The position numbers and the translations under genes are program-made. A stretch of DNA of 64,000 bases from a virus: the IMG/VR virus record IMGVR_UViG_3300044675_005584, positions 23,686 to 87,685 of that record; one strand, written 5' to 3'. Below the pieces are notes generated by a model. The model was not told the DNA's origin. It did no database searches and saw only the letters and a program-made list of their open reading frames with translations. Positions 38,208 through 47,921 of the stretch are shown here, piece by piece; within the stretch, counting starts at the first letter, position 1; every line of letters starts with the position of its first letter.

Positions 38208-39740
38208 ATGATATTTGGATTCACAATTTTGGCCACAGCATTGTTATTGAGCTTGGTGGCAGCTTATTATAGCATCATGGGACTTACGGCCATTTTTGCT
38301 GCGGCCACCATACCTGTGATCATCATGGGTGCCAGTTTAGAACTGGGCAAAATAGTTGCCACAGTGTGGTTGCACAATAACTGGCAACGTGCCAGCTGGC
38401 TGTTTAAAACCTATCTGATCCCGGCTGTGTTCTTTTTGATGATGCTGACCAGCATGGGCATCTATGGCTTCTTGTCAAAAGCACACAGTGATCAAAGCCT
38501 GGTGTCAGGAGATGTCACTGCCAAGATTGCCATATATGATGAAAAGATCAAGATTGAACGGGAGAATATAGATGCTGATCGCAAACAACTCAAACAAATG
38601 GACGAGGCTGTGGACCAAGTTATGGCACGTTCAACTTCGGAAGAAGGGGCAAGTAGATCCAGTGCTATTCGCCGAAGCCAGCAGAAAGAACGTGCTCGCC
38701 TGCTTGCGGACATTACAACATCTCAACAAAAGATCACTGCTCTCAACCAGGAGCGAGCACCGATTGCCGCGGAAGTTAGGAAAGTTGAAGCTGAAGTTGG
38801 TCCTATAAAATACATCGCGGCCTTGTTGTATGGTGATAACCCTGATGCCAATGTGCTGGAAAAGGCTGTGCGATTTGTTATTATAATGATTGTGTTAGTG
38901 TTTGATCCGTTAGCCTTGTGCCTGATCCTGGCTGCTAACAAACAGTTTGAATGGGCACGACGTGGCACAGGCGGTTGGGTGCATGATGAAAAAACACAAG
39001 ATGATGATAAAAAAGTAGCAGAATGGTTCGACCATGCCCGAGAACGAGCAAAATTTTGGGATAAACAGCAACAAGAGCCACCACCAGGTCCAGAGCCATT
39101 TAAATCAGGACCATTTGTGAGTGGTACATTTCAACAGGCCAAATACGAACAAGATGACGGACCATTGACTGACAATCAAGTTGAACAGATCCAAGCGACA
39201 GCTACGGAAGAATTGCCCAAGGGTGAGTTGCTTGCCAAAGAGGAATTGTTTCCAGAACCCACTGTTGCAGAAACTTTACCTGAGCCGGCATTGCCCCAGC
39301 CCACAGTTGATCTAGTGGTCAATGCCGGTAGTGACTATGTAGAAGTCAACGGCAAACGGGTACATCACAAGTCATTTGACATACACAGCCAAAATGCAGG
39401 TCATGCTGTTGAGCGACATGCCGCTGCCCGCCTCCAAGCCGACAACGAGCTTGCCGGCACAGCTTCAACTACAGGATTTGGCATAGTCTTTCCAGATGTA
39501 CCCAACAAAGGCGACACTTTTCTTAGAGTGGATCGGTTACCTACCATGTTATACAAATACAACGGACGAGACTGGATTGAAATAGACAAAGAAATCAGTA
39601 CAAGTTATGTGTATGAAGATTCCTATATTGATCATCTCATCACTCGTATCAGCAGTGGCGAGTATGATCCTGATCTTTTGAGTGACATGGAACGTGAAGC
39701 AATCGCTCAACGATTACGAACAAATCCACCAACGGTGTAA
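38208..39740 (+). CDS. Multi-TM coiled-coil membrane protein
   Basis: Three N-terminal TMs, long coiled coil, further TM, Pro-rich linker; TAAATA 4 nt before ATG 38208. Confidence 0.7.
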   Translation: MIFGFTILATALLLSLVAAYYSIMGLTAIFAAATIPVIIMGASLELGKIVATVWLHNNWQRASWLFKTYLIPAVFFLMMLTSMGIYGFLSKAHSDQSLVSGDVTAKIAIYDEKIKIERENIDADRKQLKQMDEAVDQVMARSTSEEGASRSSAIRRSQQKERARLLADITTSQQKITALNQERAPIAAEVRKVEAEVGPIKYIAALLYGDNPDANVLEKAVRFVIIMIVLVFDPLALCLILAANKQFEWARRGTGGWVHDEKTQDDDKKVAEWFDHARERAKFWDKQQQEPPPGPEPFKSGPFVSGTFQQAKYEQDDGPLTDNQVEQIQATATEELPKGELLAKEELFPEPTVAETLPEPALPQPTVDLVVNAGSDYVEVNGKRVHHKSFDIHSQNAGHAVERHAAARLQADNELAGTASTTGFGIVFPDVPNKGDTFLRVDRLPTMLYKYNGRDWIEIDKEISTSYVYEDSYIDHLITRISSGEYDPDLLSDMEREAIAQRLRTNPPTV

Positions 39741-39741
39741 C

Positions 39742-40941
39742 ATGTCAGAAATCAATACCTGTAATTTTTGTACCAAAACAAAAGATCAAGTATTAAAATT
39801 AATTGTAGGTGATGATGCTGCCATTTGTAATGAATGCGTAAATCTCTGTAGCACCTTGTTGGTTGATACCAAAAAGTCACGACGCAACAAAGGCAGTCAG
39901 CTAAAAGTCCCAGATCCGCGAGCAGTATGCGACTATCTTGATCAGCATGTGGTTGGACAACGTGATGCCAAACAAGTGATAAGTGTGGCTATAGTGAATC
40001 ATTACAAACGTATCAGCAATCCTGATCCTGATATTGAAATACAAAAAGCCAATATCTTGATGCTGGGGCCAACCGGCACTGGCAAGACCTTGATGGCTCG
40101 CACTGTGGCAAGATACTTGAATGTGCCTTTTGTGATAGCAGATGCTACCACATTAACAGAAGCTGGTTATGTAGGTGATGATGTCGAAAGTCTTATTTCT
40201 AGATTGTACATCGCAGCCAATGGCGATGTTGAACAGTGTGAACGTGGTATTGTATTTCTAGATGAAATTGATAAAATTTCTAGAAAAAGCGAAAGCAGTA
40301 CAGTAAGCCGTGATGTGTCTGGCGAAGGAGTACAACAGGCATTATTAAAATTAATAGAAGGAACCAAATGCAGGATATCGCCGCAAGGGTCAAGACGCAC
40401 ACCCAGCACTGACTCAGTGGAAATTGATACTGCTAATATCCTATTCATAGGCGGTGGTGCATTTGTGGGCCTGGATCAGATTGTAAAAACTCGTGTGCAA
40501 GGAACTGCTATAGGATTTGGTGCCATGCTTACTGACACCAATGCAGACGCAGTACCGGCCACTCCAGACGATCTGGTACGGTACGGACTGATACCAGAAT
40601 TTGTAGGTAGATTTAGTAGCACTGTGAATTTACAAGGACTAAGCAAAGCTCAGTTGATCGACATTTTGACTTCTATTAAAAATAACTTTATAGCACAATA
40701 CAAATGGTTGTTTGAACAGGATGGTGTTGTGCTGGATTTTGACTCAGATAGCCTAGAGCTAATTGCTGATCGTACCTTACGGTCCAGGACCGGTGCTAGA
40801 GGATTACACACTGAACTGGAACGTGTGTTATTACCACACATGTTTGATCTACCACGTTACTCCAAACAAAACATAATCCGCGTAGTTATCAACAAAGACC
40901 AGGTAAATACTCCTATGACACTGGCACAGGAAAACGAATGA
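39742..40941 (+). CDS. clpX: ATP-dependent Clp protease ATPase subunit ClpX
   Basis: Zn domain CNFC...[45 protein letters not shown] loop, TGARGL. Confidence 0.95.
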   Translation: MSEINTCNFCTKTKDQVLKLIVGDDAAICNECVNLCSTLLVDTKKSRRNKGSQLKVPDPRAVCDYLDQHVVGQRDAKQVISVAIVNHYKRISNPDPDIEIQKANILMLGPTGTGKTLMARTVARYLNVPFVIADATTLTEAGYVGDDVESLISRLYIAANGDVEQCERGIVFLDEIDKISRKSESSTVSRDVSGEGVQQALLKLIEGTKCRISPQGSRRTPSTDSVEIDTANILFIGGGAFVGLDQIVKTRVQGTAIGFGAMLTDTNADAVPATPDDLVRYGLIPEFVGRFSSTVNLQGLSKAQLIDILTSIKNNFIAQYKWLFEQDGVVLDFDSDSLELIADRTLRSRTGARGLHTELERVLLPHMFDLPRYSKQNIIRVVINKDQVNTPMTLAQENE

Positions 40942-41159
40942 AGTTGTACGGACGATCAGTCTTGGTCAAAGACGGCAATGTAGAAAAAGCACTTCGTAAG
41001 TTCAAGAAAAAAATAGCTGAAAGCGGACTGCTTATTGAACTCCGTGCGCGAGAAACTTACGAAAAACCCACCACCGCTCGTAAAAGACGAAAATCTGCCG
41101 CTAAAAATCGTTGGCGTAAACAGGTAGCCAGCCAAAAGTTGCCAAAAAAACAGTTTTAA
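40938..41159 (+). CDS. rpsU: 30S ribosomal protein bS21
   Basis: [12 protein letters not shown]...[12 protein letters not shown]; TAAATA at 40904. Confidence 0.92.
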   Translation: MKLYGRSVLVKDGNVEKALRKFKKKIAESGLLIELRARETYEKPTTARKRRKSAAKNRWRKQVASQKLPKKQF

Positions 41160-41207
41160 TCTCCAAATAATCTTTTCCTATAACGAATTTTGCTGTATAA
41201 TAAATAC

Positions 41208-41267
41208 TAATACGAATGCCGCAACATGGGTTCGTATTATGTCACTTGCTTAACAAAGGAGAAAACA
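41208..41267 (+). promoter_or_regulatory. ROSE-like RNA thermometer leader of hsp20
   Basis: Stem TAATACGAA/TTCGTATTA, then CTTGCT-taacaa-AGGAG (UYGCU anti-SD motif). Confidence 0.6.
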
Positions 41268-41708
41268 ATGACTAAATTCACAGCACTAGACCTCACCCCG
41301 TTTTATCGCAACAGCATAGGCGTAGATCGTTTATTCGATAGACTTATCGACCAAATGGATCATGCCAGCGGGACCAACTATCCACCATACAATATTATCA
41401 AGACTGGAGACAACTCATTTGAAGTTCAAATAGCTGTGGCCGGTTTTAGCGAAGGCGAAATTGATATCACTGTAAAAGATGGAAACTTGGTGGTCACAGG
41501 AAACAAAGATCCTGAAATAGAAACAGACACCACTGCTTATCTTTATCGAGGCATCAGTGCTAGACGTTTCGTACGCACTTTTAGTTTAGCAGACTATGTT
41601 GAAGTAGCCACTGCTGTGAGTCGCAATGGTATCTTGAGTATCACTTTAGAAAGAAAAATTCCTGAGGAACTCAAGCCAAAGACTATTGCGATCACCTACG
41701 CAAACTAG
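41268..41708 (+). CDS. Small heat-shock protein Hsp20 (IbpA/B-like)
   Basis: NYPPYNI, IAVAGF, YLYRGISARRF, NGILSI, PEELKPKTIAI. Confidence 0.95.
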   Translation: MTKFTALDLTPFYRNSIGVDRLFDRLIDQMDHASGTNYPPYNIIKTGDNSFEVQIAVAGFSEGEIDITVKDGNLVVTGNKDPEIETDTTAYLYRGISARRFVRTFSLADYVEVATAVSRNGILSITLERKIPEELKPKTIAITYAN

Positions 41709-41778
41709 TATAATAGTGTAAATACAGTAGAGGGCTTGACTCTCTACTGTTACACAAAACCATGTTAAAGGAAATACA

Positions 41779-42087
41779 ATGTCACAAGCTGATACAGTTA
41801 CAAAAATACAAATCAATCCTGATATCAAAGAACCTCCTATGTTCAAGGTCATCTATGTCAATGACAATCAAACCAGTATGGAATTTGTGATTGAGACCTT
41901 GATTACATTTTTTGGATACACATCAGAAACTGCTGTACAAATCACTGACGATATACACACGGCAGGCAGTGCTGTGGTTGCTGTGTTGCCACACGAAATT
42001 GCCGAACAAAAAGGCATTGAAGTTACCATTCACGCACGAAATCAAAACTATCCTTTACAAATTAAGCTCGAGCCCGAAAACGTCTAA
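41779..42087 (+). CDS. clpS: N-degron adaptor ClpS
   Basis: PPMFKVIYVND..T.MEFV...IHTAGSAV...EIAEQK...YPL. Confidence 0.9.
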   Translation: MSQADTVTKIQINPDIKEPPMFKVIYVNDNQTSMEFVIETLITFFGYTSETAVQITDDIHTAGSAVVAVLPHEIAEQKGIEVTIHARNQNYPLQIKLEPENV

Positions 42088-42875
42088 AATTCAACTGTAA
42101 TTCTTTTGGGATAATAGGCCTGCTGGCACCATTCGGTTTGTCCTCTACCGCGACAGTTATTAACGTATCTTACTCCGTTACGATCACGATCTACACCCTT
42201 ATGGTAGTGACCAAAGCACCAGACCTTGATCTTGTGTTCAGTATCTTCATCTAGGGCAATATCCACATGGCTATTGCCCATGGTATTGTAACGATAATGA
42301 TCGGACAACTCAATGTCATGAGACACAATCCAGGCACCTGGCACTGTGTGAGTGACCAATACTATGGCCTTTACTTCTTGATGAGTCTGTAATTTACGCA
42401 CACTACGCACCAGGTATGCAGCATCATGTAAGGCCATGGTAGAAATATTTTCTACTGTGTTTTTGTCCAGGCCATAGTGATCCTGCAACCAAGACTGTGT
42501 TTGTTCTAGATCTATGTTGGGATCAAAATCATAAGTCCACCAACCGTTAGTGGCCAATATAGCCACACCATTGATTACTGCCACACTGTTATGCATATAC
42601 ACCACATTGGGCACAGCAGATACGGCAGCTGAGAGATCTTGATAGCTTTGTCCTATGTTGTCTAAACACCAGCGATGTTCATCATTGCCATCAATATAAA
42701 ACACTGCCTGGTAACATGATCCCAGATGTGTGAGAAATTCTTGTGTACGCACAAGATCGCGACTGATATCACCTGCTACCACACAGTAAGGACTGGTAGC
42801 CTGTCCGGTCCAGTCTAAGGAATCCCAGGTCTCAACGTGCAAGTCAGAAATTAAATCAAAGGCAAAAGTCATCAT
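42084..42875 (-). CDS. Calcineurin-like metallophosphoesterase
   Basis: SDLH, AGD, GNDEH, THTVP, FGHYH. Confidence 0.88.
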   Translation of the reverse strand: MMTFAFDLISDLHVETWDSLDWTGQATSPYCVVAGDISRDLVRTQEFLTHLGSCYQAVFYIDGNDEHRWCLDNIGQSYQDLSAAVSAVPNVVYMHNSVAVINGVAILATNGWWTYDFDPNIDLEQTQSWLQDHYGLDKNTVENISTMALHDAAYLVRSVRKLQTHQEVKAIVLVTHTVPGAWIVSHDIELSDHYRYNTMGNSHVDIALDEDTEHKIKVWCFGHYHKGVDRDRNGVRYVNNCRGRGQTEWCQQAYYPKRITVEF

Positions 42876-42896
42876 ACATATTTAAAAGGAATTTAC

Positions 42897-43259
42897 ATGA
42901 ACATAATATTTGGAAGCCACTTAATTGATGAAATTGCCACCAAGTACACTGTGCTAGAGCTTGACACTATCCGACTGATGCCAGACGACGTCGAAAGCAC
43001 AGCTTACTGTGTGGTAGAAAAAATACCAATGTTTGAACTGGATCAGTTGCATGTTCTCAAACAGTTACACGATGACATGATAAACTCTTACAAAAATCGC
43101 AAATGGGGAGCCTGCGCTGACGCAGCACAGACACTGAAGGGTGCATGGGGTACTGAACTTGATAGTTTTTATGATATCATGCTGTCCCGTGTAAGACAAT
43201 ATCTGGTGCAAGAGCCTGACTCTAGCTGGTCTCCAGTGATAGAAAAGAACCAGTCTTAA
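42897..43259 (+). CDS. Stand-alone homolog of the adenylate-cyclase C-terminal tail
   Basis: Aligns by eye with the last ~120 aa of the 49618 cyclase (KYTVLELDTI vs KYITLKLDYI; LKGAWGTELDSFYDI vs LKGRFGGVMDHYYDI). Confidence 0.7.
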   Translation: MNIIFGSHLIDEIATKYTVLELDTIRLMPDDVESTAYCVVEKIPMFELDQLHVLKQLHDDMINSYKNRKWGACADAAQTLKGAWGTELDSFYDIMLSRVRQYLVQEPDSSWSPVIEKNQS

Positions 43260-43270
43260 ACTGCTGTGTA

Positions 43271-43315
43271 ATGCTCTAACCTAGTCCTGTTAAATAATAA
43301 TAGGAGTTAGAGTAT
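43271..43315 (+). promoter_or_regulatory. Late promoter TAAATA within an SD/AUG-sequestering hairpin
   Basis: 43271-80 pairs with 43306-15, 43285-92 pairs with 43298-305; TAAATA at 43291-43296. Confidence 0.65.
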
Positions 43316-43769
43316 GAATAAAAAATATAAAAATATACTCTCAATCGGTGTCCTGACCTGGGTACCCTTCGTATTGGCTTCGCCGATTGCAGATTACACA
43401 TTCAAAAGCCCCAGTTTTAACGGCTCGGGCTACAGCAGCCATACTCTCACGATCGAAAATCAAGAAACCACTCGAAGACAACAAGTGGCCAAGGATATCG
43501 AAGCAAAACTACAGGCAACAGCCGCCGCTGCAAACAATACAAATATTGCCAAGTTTATGAACAACTTGGAAAGTCGTATCTACGCACAGATAAGCCAGAA
43601 TCTGGCCACTGCCATGTTTGCCACAGGTGGTAGCACCAGCGGCTCATTGAACTTTGAAGGCAACACGATATTTTATTCCAAGGATGCTGGCAATGTATAT
43701 CTCACAGTGACTGACAATGTGGGCAATCAAACACGGGTCACTATTCCCCTGGGACAGTTCCAATTCTAA
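43314..43769 (+). CDS. csgF: Curli assembly protein CsgF-like
   Basis: Signal peptide, then YTFKSPSFNG (CsgF F.NP.FGG-like), LESRIYAQISQ, terminal TRVTIP; directly upstream of csgG. Confidence 0.75.
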   Translation: MNKKYKNILSIGVLTWVPFVLASPIADYTFKSPSFNGSGYSSHTLTIENQETTRRQQVAKDIEAKLQATAAAANNTNIAKFMNNLESRIYAQISQNLATAMFATGGSTSGSLNFEGNTIFYSKDAGNVYLTVTDNVGNQTRVTIPLGQFQF

Positions 43770-43770
43770 C

Positions 43771-44889
43771 ATGAAAACATTGCTAATTTTATTTGTTGTC
43801 TCCTTGTTGACAGCCTGTGCAGTGGGTCAAAAGGCCGGCATGGAATATCGTCCTGAACCAGTACCAAACAAGATGCAGAAAGAATTTGACGCTATACCAG
43901 CTCCAGATGGTCGCAAGCTCAGTGTGGCTGTTTATAGTTTTGGAGACAAGACTGGACAGCGTAAACCCACGGCTGGTATTGCCAGCCTGAGCATGGCAGT
44001 CACGCAAGGCGCCGAAGTGTTCCTAATCAAGGCCCTACAGGATGTTGGTCATGGACAATGGTTTGATGTGGTTGAGCGTATCAATGTAGATGCCCTAACC
44101 AAAGAGCGTTTAATTATTAGACAGATGCGAGAAGCCTATGAAGGGGCCAATGCCAAACCGCTCATGCCCATGCAGTTTGCCGGCATCATAATGGAAGGTG
44201 GCATAATTGGCTATGACTCTGGCACAGAATCAGGTGGAGCCGCACACAGGTTCCTGGGCATAGGGTCACAGACACAATACAGCAAAGACACTGTGACAGT
44301 GAGTTTACGGGCCATAAGCGTGAATACTGGAAAAGTATTGGCCGCAGTACACGTGACCAAAATAGTTTACAGCACAGCAGACAGCGTGGCTGTGCTAAAA
44401 TTCTTGGCCAATGGCGTGCAGGCATTCGAAGCCGAAGCTGGGCTGACTATAAACGAACCCGGAACCATGGCAGTCAAGGCCACAATCGAAGCCGCAGTAG
44501 TAGAACTGATCAAGGAAGGTGAGCGCAAAGGTATATGGGATTATCGCAAGCCAGAAGCAACAAAAGCACCACCGCCGGCGACAGCACCTGCTCCAGTTGT
44601 GACAGCACCACCGGTAGTGACAACACCAGAGTTCAGTTGGGGCAACGAACCAAATGGCCCTGAGTTTGTGTGGAAAGAACCCGCCAAACAAAAGATGTAT
44701 TTTTTAGCCGACACCCGGGTGTATAAAAAGAAATCCAATTTAAAAGGACCTGTGTATGGATCATTTGTTGTGGCCAAAGCCAATACACCAGTTGAAATTG
44801 TTGAAACAGAATTCCCAGATGTGGTAACCGTAACAACCGACTCAGGCATCCGGGGATTTGTTAAAAGGGAAAGATTAAAAACAAAATGA
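43771..44889 (+). CDS. csgG: Curli secretion channel CsgG-like lipoprotein with extra C-terminal SH3-like domain
   Basis: Lipobox LTAC; AVYSFGDKTGQRK, AVTQGA, WFDVVER..L.KER.IIR, EGGIIGYD, VSLRAISVNTG, NEP. Confidence 0.92.
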   Translation: MKTLLILFVVSLLTACAVGQKAGMEYRPEPVPNKMQKEFDAIPAPDGRKLSVAVYSFGDKTGQRKPTAGIASLSMAVTQGAEVFLIKALQDVGHGQWFDVVERINVDALTKERLIIRQMREAYEGANAKPLMPMQFAGIIMEGGIIGYDSGTESGGAAHRFLGIGSQTQYSKDTVTVSLRAISVNTGKVLAAVHVTKIVYSTADSVAVLKFLANGVQAFEAEAGLTINEPGTMAVKATIEAAVVELIKEGERKGIWDYRKPEATKAPPPATAPAPVVTAPPVVTTPEFSWGNEPNGPEFVWKEPAKQKMYFLADTRVYKKKSNLKGPVYGSFVVAKANTPVEIVETEFPDVVTVTTDSGIRGFVKRERLKTK

Positions 44890-45680
44890 AAAACCACTTA
44901 TTCAAAATAACAATGGCCATACTTGCCGTGTTATCCATCGCAACGCAGGCCGCTGATAACAGTATCTATATTGATCAGGCCGGTGATAACGCTGTTATCT
45001 CAGTTACACAAGACGGAGCAGGCAACGTGGTGCGTGGCATACAAGGCGTGGGTACTGGTAACACTACAGCAGCACGGATACAAGGTGATGGCAATCAGGT
45101 CACTGTGAGCCAGATTGGTAGTGGCAATACCTTGAACCTGGGAGTGAATACTACCACAGCCGCCGGTGTGGCCAATGGCAATCGTTTCACGTATAGTGTG
45201 ACAGGTAACACAGCCACTGCCACGATCAACAGCAATCAAGGCGGTGCTGGAGTCAGTGCCAGCAACATAGTATCCGTAACACAGAGCGGAAATACTGCCA
45301 ATACCAACATCAATGTGCTGGGCACAACCAACACCATTACAGCAACCACGGCAGGTGGCGCAAACAACAGCGTGGTATCCACGGTAAGCGGTACAAGCAA
45401 TACAGAAACCATATCCATGACTGGTGGTGCTGGAAACACTTCTACCATAACGCAGACTGGCACATTGGGCAAAGCCACCATAACCAGTGTGGGTGCTACC
45501 AATACCTATACTGTTTCACAAAGCGGTGGCGGCACAGCTGGACACACCACCGTGATTGATGCCACCGGATCGGGCAATACTGCCAGTGTGACACAGGCTG
45601 GCACATCGGGTGACAGCGTGGCAAATCTCAAAAGTGTAGGATCTGGTAACACCTTTACAGTGAACTCAAATACCAAGTAA
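44886..45680 (+). CDS. Curlin-like (CsgA/CsgB-type) repeat protein 1
   Basis: Signal peptide; repeated N-x-x-x-(I/V)-x-Q-x-G units, G/T/N/S-rich. Confidence 0.8.
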   Translation: MKNHLFKITMAILAVLSIATQAADNSIYIDQAGDNAVISVTQDGAGNVVRGIQGVGTGNTTAARIQGDGNQVTVSQIGSGNTLNLGVNTTTAAGVANGNRFTYSVTGNTATATINSNQGGAGVSASNIVSVTQSGNTANTNINVLGTTNTITATTAGGANNSVVSTVSGTSNTETISMTGGAGNTSTITQTGTLGKATITSVGATNTYTVSQSGGGTAGHTTVIDATGSGNTASVTQAGTSGDSVANLKSVGSGNTFTVNSNTK

Positions 45681-45683
45681 AAA

Positions 45684-46820
45684 ATGTCAACAATCTATTA
45701 TAAAAGGAGACCTAAATGGACGGACGTATTATGCGCACTCTTGCTGAGCTTATCGCAGAACACCATCGCCGAAATTGGCAAAATAACAGAACAGATCAAT
45801 ACTCAGCCTTTGATACAACGGTCAGCCACGACCTTGACGGGGACATCGGGTATGGCAGTAGAGATGTTGGACGCGATCCGGACCACTCGGGGCAAGGTGG
45901 GGATAACTTTCCAGGATAACACTCGAGTACAGGTAAACGAAAACAGTCGTTTGGTCATAGACGACTTTGTTTACAATCCCAGATCTGGCACTGGTAAATT
46001 GGCACTCAACATGGCTTCGGGCACAGTGAGATATGCATCAGGACAGATTGCCAAAAACGATCCACAACGGGTGGCTATTAATACTCCTACTGCCACTATT
46101 GCAGTGCGTGGTACAGACTTTAGTGCCACAGTAGATGAATTGGGTGGTAGCACGATCATATTGTTGCCCAGTTGTCCTGCAGGATTCCGTGATGTGGCCC
46201 GTGATTGTAAAACTGGCGCAATTGAAGTGATCACCGATGCTGGCAAGGTAGTGTTGGATCAGGCTTTCCAGGCTACTCGAGTCGACACTCGCGGAATCAT
46301 GCCACTCAAACCGGTCATACTCAAAATAGGAGAAGACGCTATCAACAATATGCTGATTGTGAGTCCTCCACGTCAGCTAGATCGAAATGCCGACAAGACA
46401 CAGCTTAGAACTGAAGCAAAGGGCGCATTGGATGTGGACTTTTTGAAAGAAACAGGTTTGATAAATGCGCTTGAAGCCCAGGAGCAAGAACTATTCAAGG
46501 ACACCATAAGTCGTAACTTTTTAGATCAAAATTTCTTGGCAAACATCTTGGACATAATTGATGCGCAAATGGCCGCACAATTGGATCTATTAAAATCGAC
46601 CAAGTCTGGTCTATTACCAGATTACAACGCTGTGTCTGGTATTGTGGCCGCAGTTGACGACAACACAGTGACACTCAGCAGAGACAATGGTAGCGACATA
46701 CAAAGTGTCACAACACCCCTACGACAGGCCAGTACCATTTACCAAACCCAAGGACCCTTAGAGTTCAAGAACCGTGTGAATACCGGTGGCACAACAATTA
46801 TCACTCTAATACAAAAATGA
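45684..46820 (+). CDS. FecR-domain exported protein
   Basis: ITFQDNTRVQVNENSRL...GTVRY...TPTATIAVRGTDF. Confidence 0.85.
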   Translation: MSTIYYKRRPKWTDVLCALLLSLSQNTIAEIGKITEQINTQPLIQRSATTLTGTSGMAVEMLDAIRTTRGKVGITFQDNTRVQVNENSRLVIDDFVYNPRSGTGKLALNMASGTVRYASGQIAKNDPQRVAINTPTATIAVRGTDFSATVDELGGSTIILLPSCPAGFRDVARDCKTGAIEVITDAGKVVLDQAFQATRVDTRGIMPLKPVILKIGEDAINNMLIVSPPRQLDRNADKTQLRTEAKGALDVDFLKETGLINALEAQEQELFKDTISRNFLDQNFLANILDIIDAQMAAQLDLLKSTKSGLLPDYNAVSGIVAAVDDNTVTLSRDNGSDIQSVTTPLRQASTIYQTQGPLEFKNRVNTGGTTIITLIQK

Positions 46821-47383
46821 AATACCTGTTATTTTTCTTCCTGTGTTCATCGGCTTGGGCCGCGGATAACTCGATAGTGATAGATCAGATCGGTGACAAT
46901 AATACTGTGGTGATCACGCAAGATGGCACAGCACACTCAGTGAATGTGACCATGGGCACTGTGTCGTCAGCGGACAACAACTCAATTGCAATCACGCAAC
47001 AAGGTACTGGAGCAAAAACAGTCGCAGTAGAACTACGAGCAGGAATCAATAATGGTGTGATAATCACACAAGATGGAGGAGGAGCACATGTCAGCAACAT
47101 ACAAAATCTTAATGGTAATGCTAACAACATTACTATTGGCCAAAGCGGTAATGCTAATCACAACTTTACTATTGTAGGCGGAGCAGGCACAGTCAACGGC
47201 GGTAACACTATCACAGCCACACAGTCTGGTGCTGCAGACAAAGCATTCACATTAAACTTGAATTCAACATCAGGTGCTGGAGTAACAGTTCAACAGACCA
47301 ATCCTGGGCAAGCCAATACAGGAAACATGAGCATCTCATGTGCGGCTGGAACTTGTGGAAATTATTCTTACATACGTCCTTGA
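46817..47383 (+). CDS. Curlin-like repeat protein 2
   Basis: Signal peptide AWA; DNSIVIDQIGDNN and further QxG repeats; C-terminal CxxxxC. Confidence 0.8.
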   Translation: MKYLLFFFLCSSAWAADNSIVIDQIGDNNTVVITQDGTAHSVNVTMGTVSSADNNSIAITQQGTGAKTVAVELRAGINNGVIITQDGGGAHVSNIQNLNGNANNITIGQSGNANHNFTIVGGAGTVNGGNTITATQSGAADKAFTLNLNSTSGAGVTVQQTNPGQANTGNMSISCAAGTCGNYSYIRP

Positions 47384-47400
47384 AACCCTCTTGGGGGTTT
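47383..47400. terminator. Possible bidirectional terminator
   Basis: AAACCCT-cttg-GGGGTTT between convergent genes. Confidence 0.45.
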
Positions 47401-47404
47401 CCAA

Positions 47405-47827
47405 TCACCAAGCCGAGGGATTGGGCACAGCACAAGGACCGTCTACAGGAATAGACCCATAGTCAGCCGGGCTGATGATTTCCAAGTATTCCATGTCTGG
47501 CGAATAGTCAAACAGGTAATGTACTATACCTGGCTTTTGATGCACACAGTCACCTGTGTTGACCAAGGTCACTTGGTCTTCATACATAAACTTGGCCCAG
47601 CCTTTAAGCATATAAACGATTTGGAAACTGGCAGTATGGTAGTGCCAGCCTGTGCCCTCTACAGGGGCTTTTTTGGCACGGGTAATATGTGCCAAAACAT
47701 TTCCGTGGGTAGCGTCTTTAACACCAAGATCACGGTACTCAAAAAACTCCCTAAGTCCATCGGGTAAGAACTTAGTATCGTTGGGCGTGTTATGGCTGAA
47801 CTTGGTACCGCTATCGTAAGTTGTCAT
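47405..47827 (-). CDS. Cupin-domain protein
   Basis: GWHYH...QIVYMLKGW...GDCVHQKPGIVH; SD GGAG and exact TATAAATA upstream on the minus strand. Confidence 0.88.
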   Translation of the reverse strand: MTTYDSGTKFSHNTPNDTKFLPDGLREFFEYRDLGVKDATHGNVLAHITRAKKAPVEGTGWHYHTASFQIVYMLKGWAKFMYEDQVTLVNTGDCVHQKPGIVHYLFDYSPDMEYLEIISPADYGSIPVDGPCAVPNPSAW

Positions 47828-47921
47828 AATAATCTCCATTGAGTTTGTATTTATATGCCTTGTACGCCACTGTAATGGTAAATACTGAGTGGTATACACT
47901 GTCTTGAGAAAGGACCGATCT

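Noticed and set aside
41724-41750. 11-bp hairpin after hsp20 as a terminator
   Set aside because: It lacks a U tract and begins right after TAAATA at 41719, so it is more likely a 5' leader hairpin of clpS; not called
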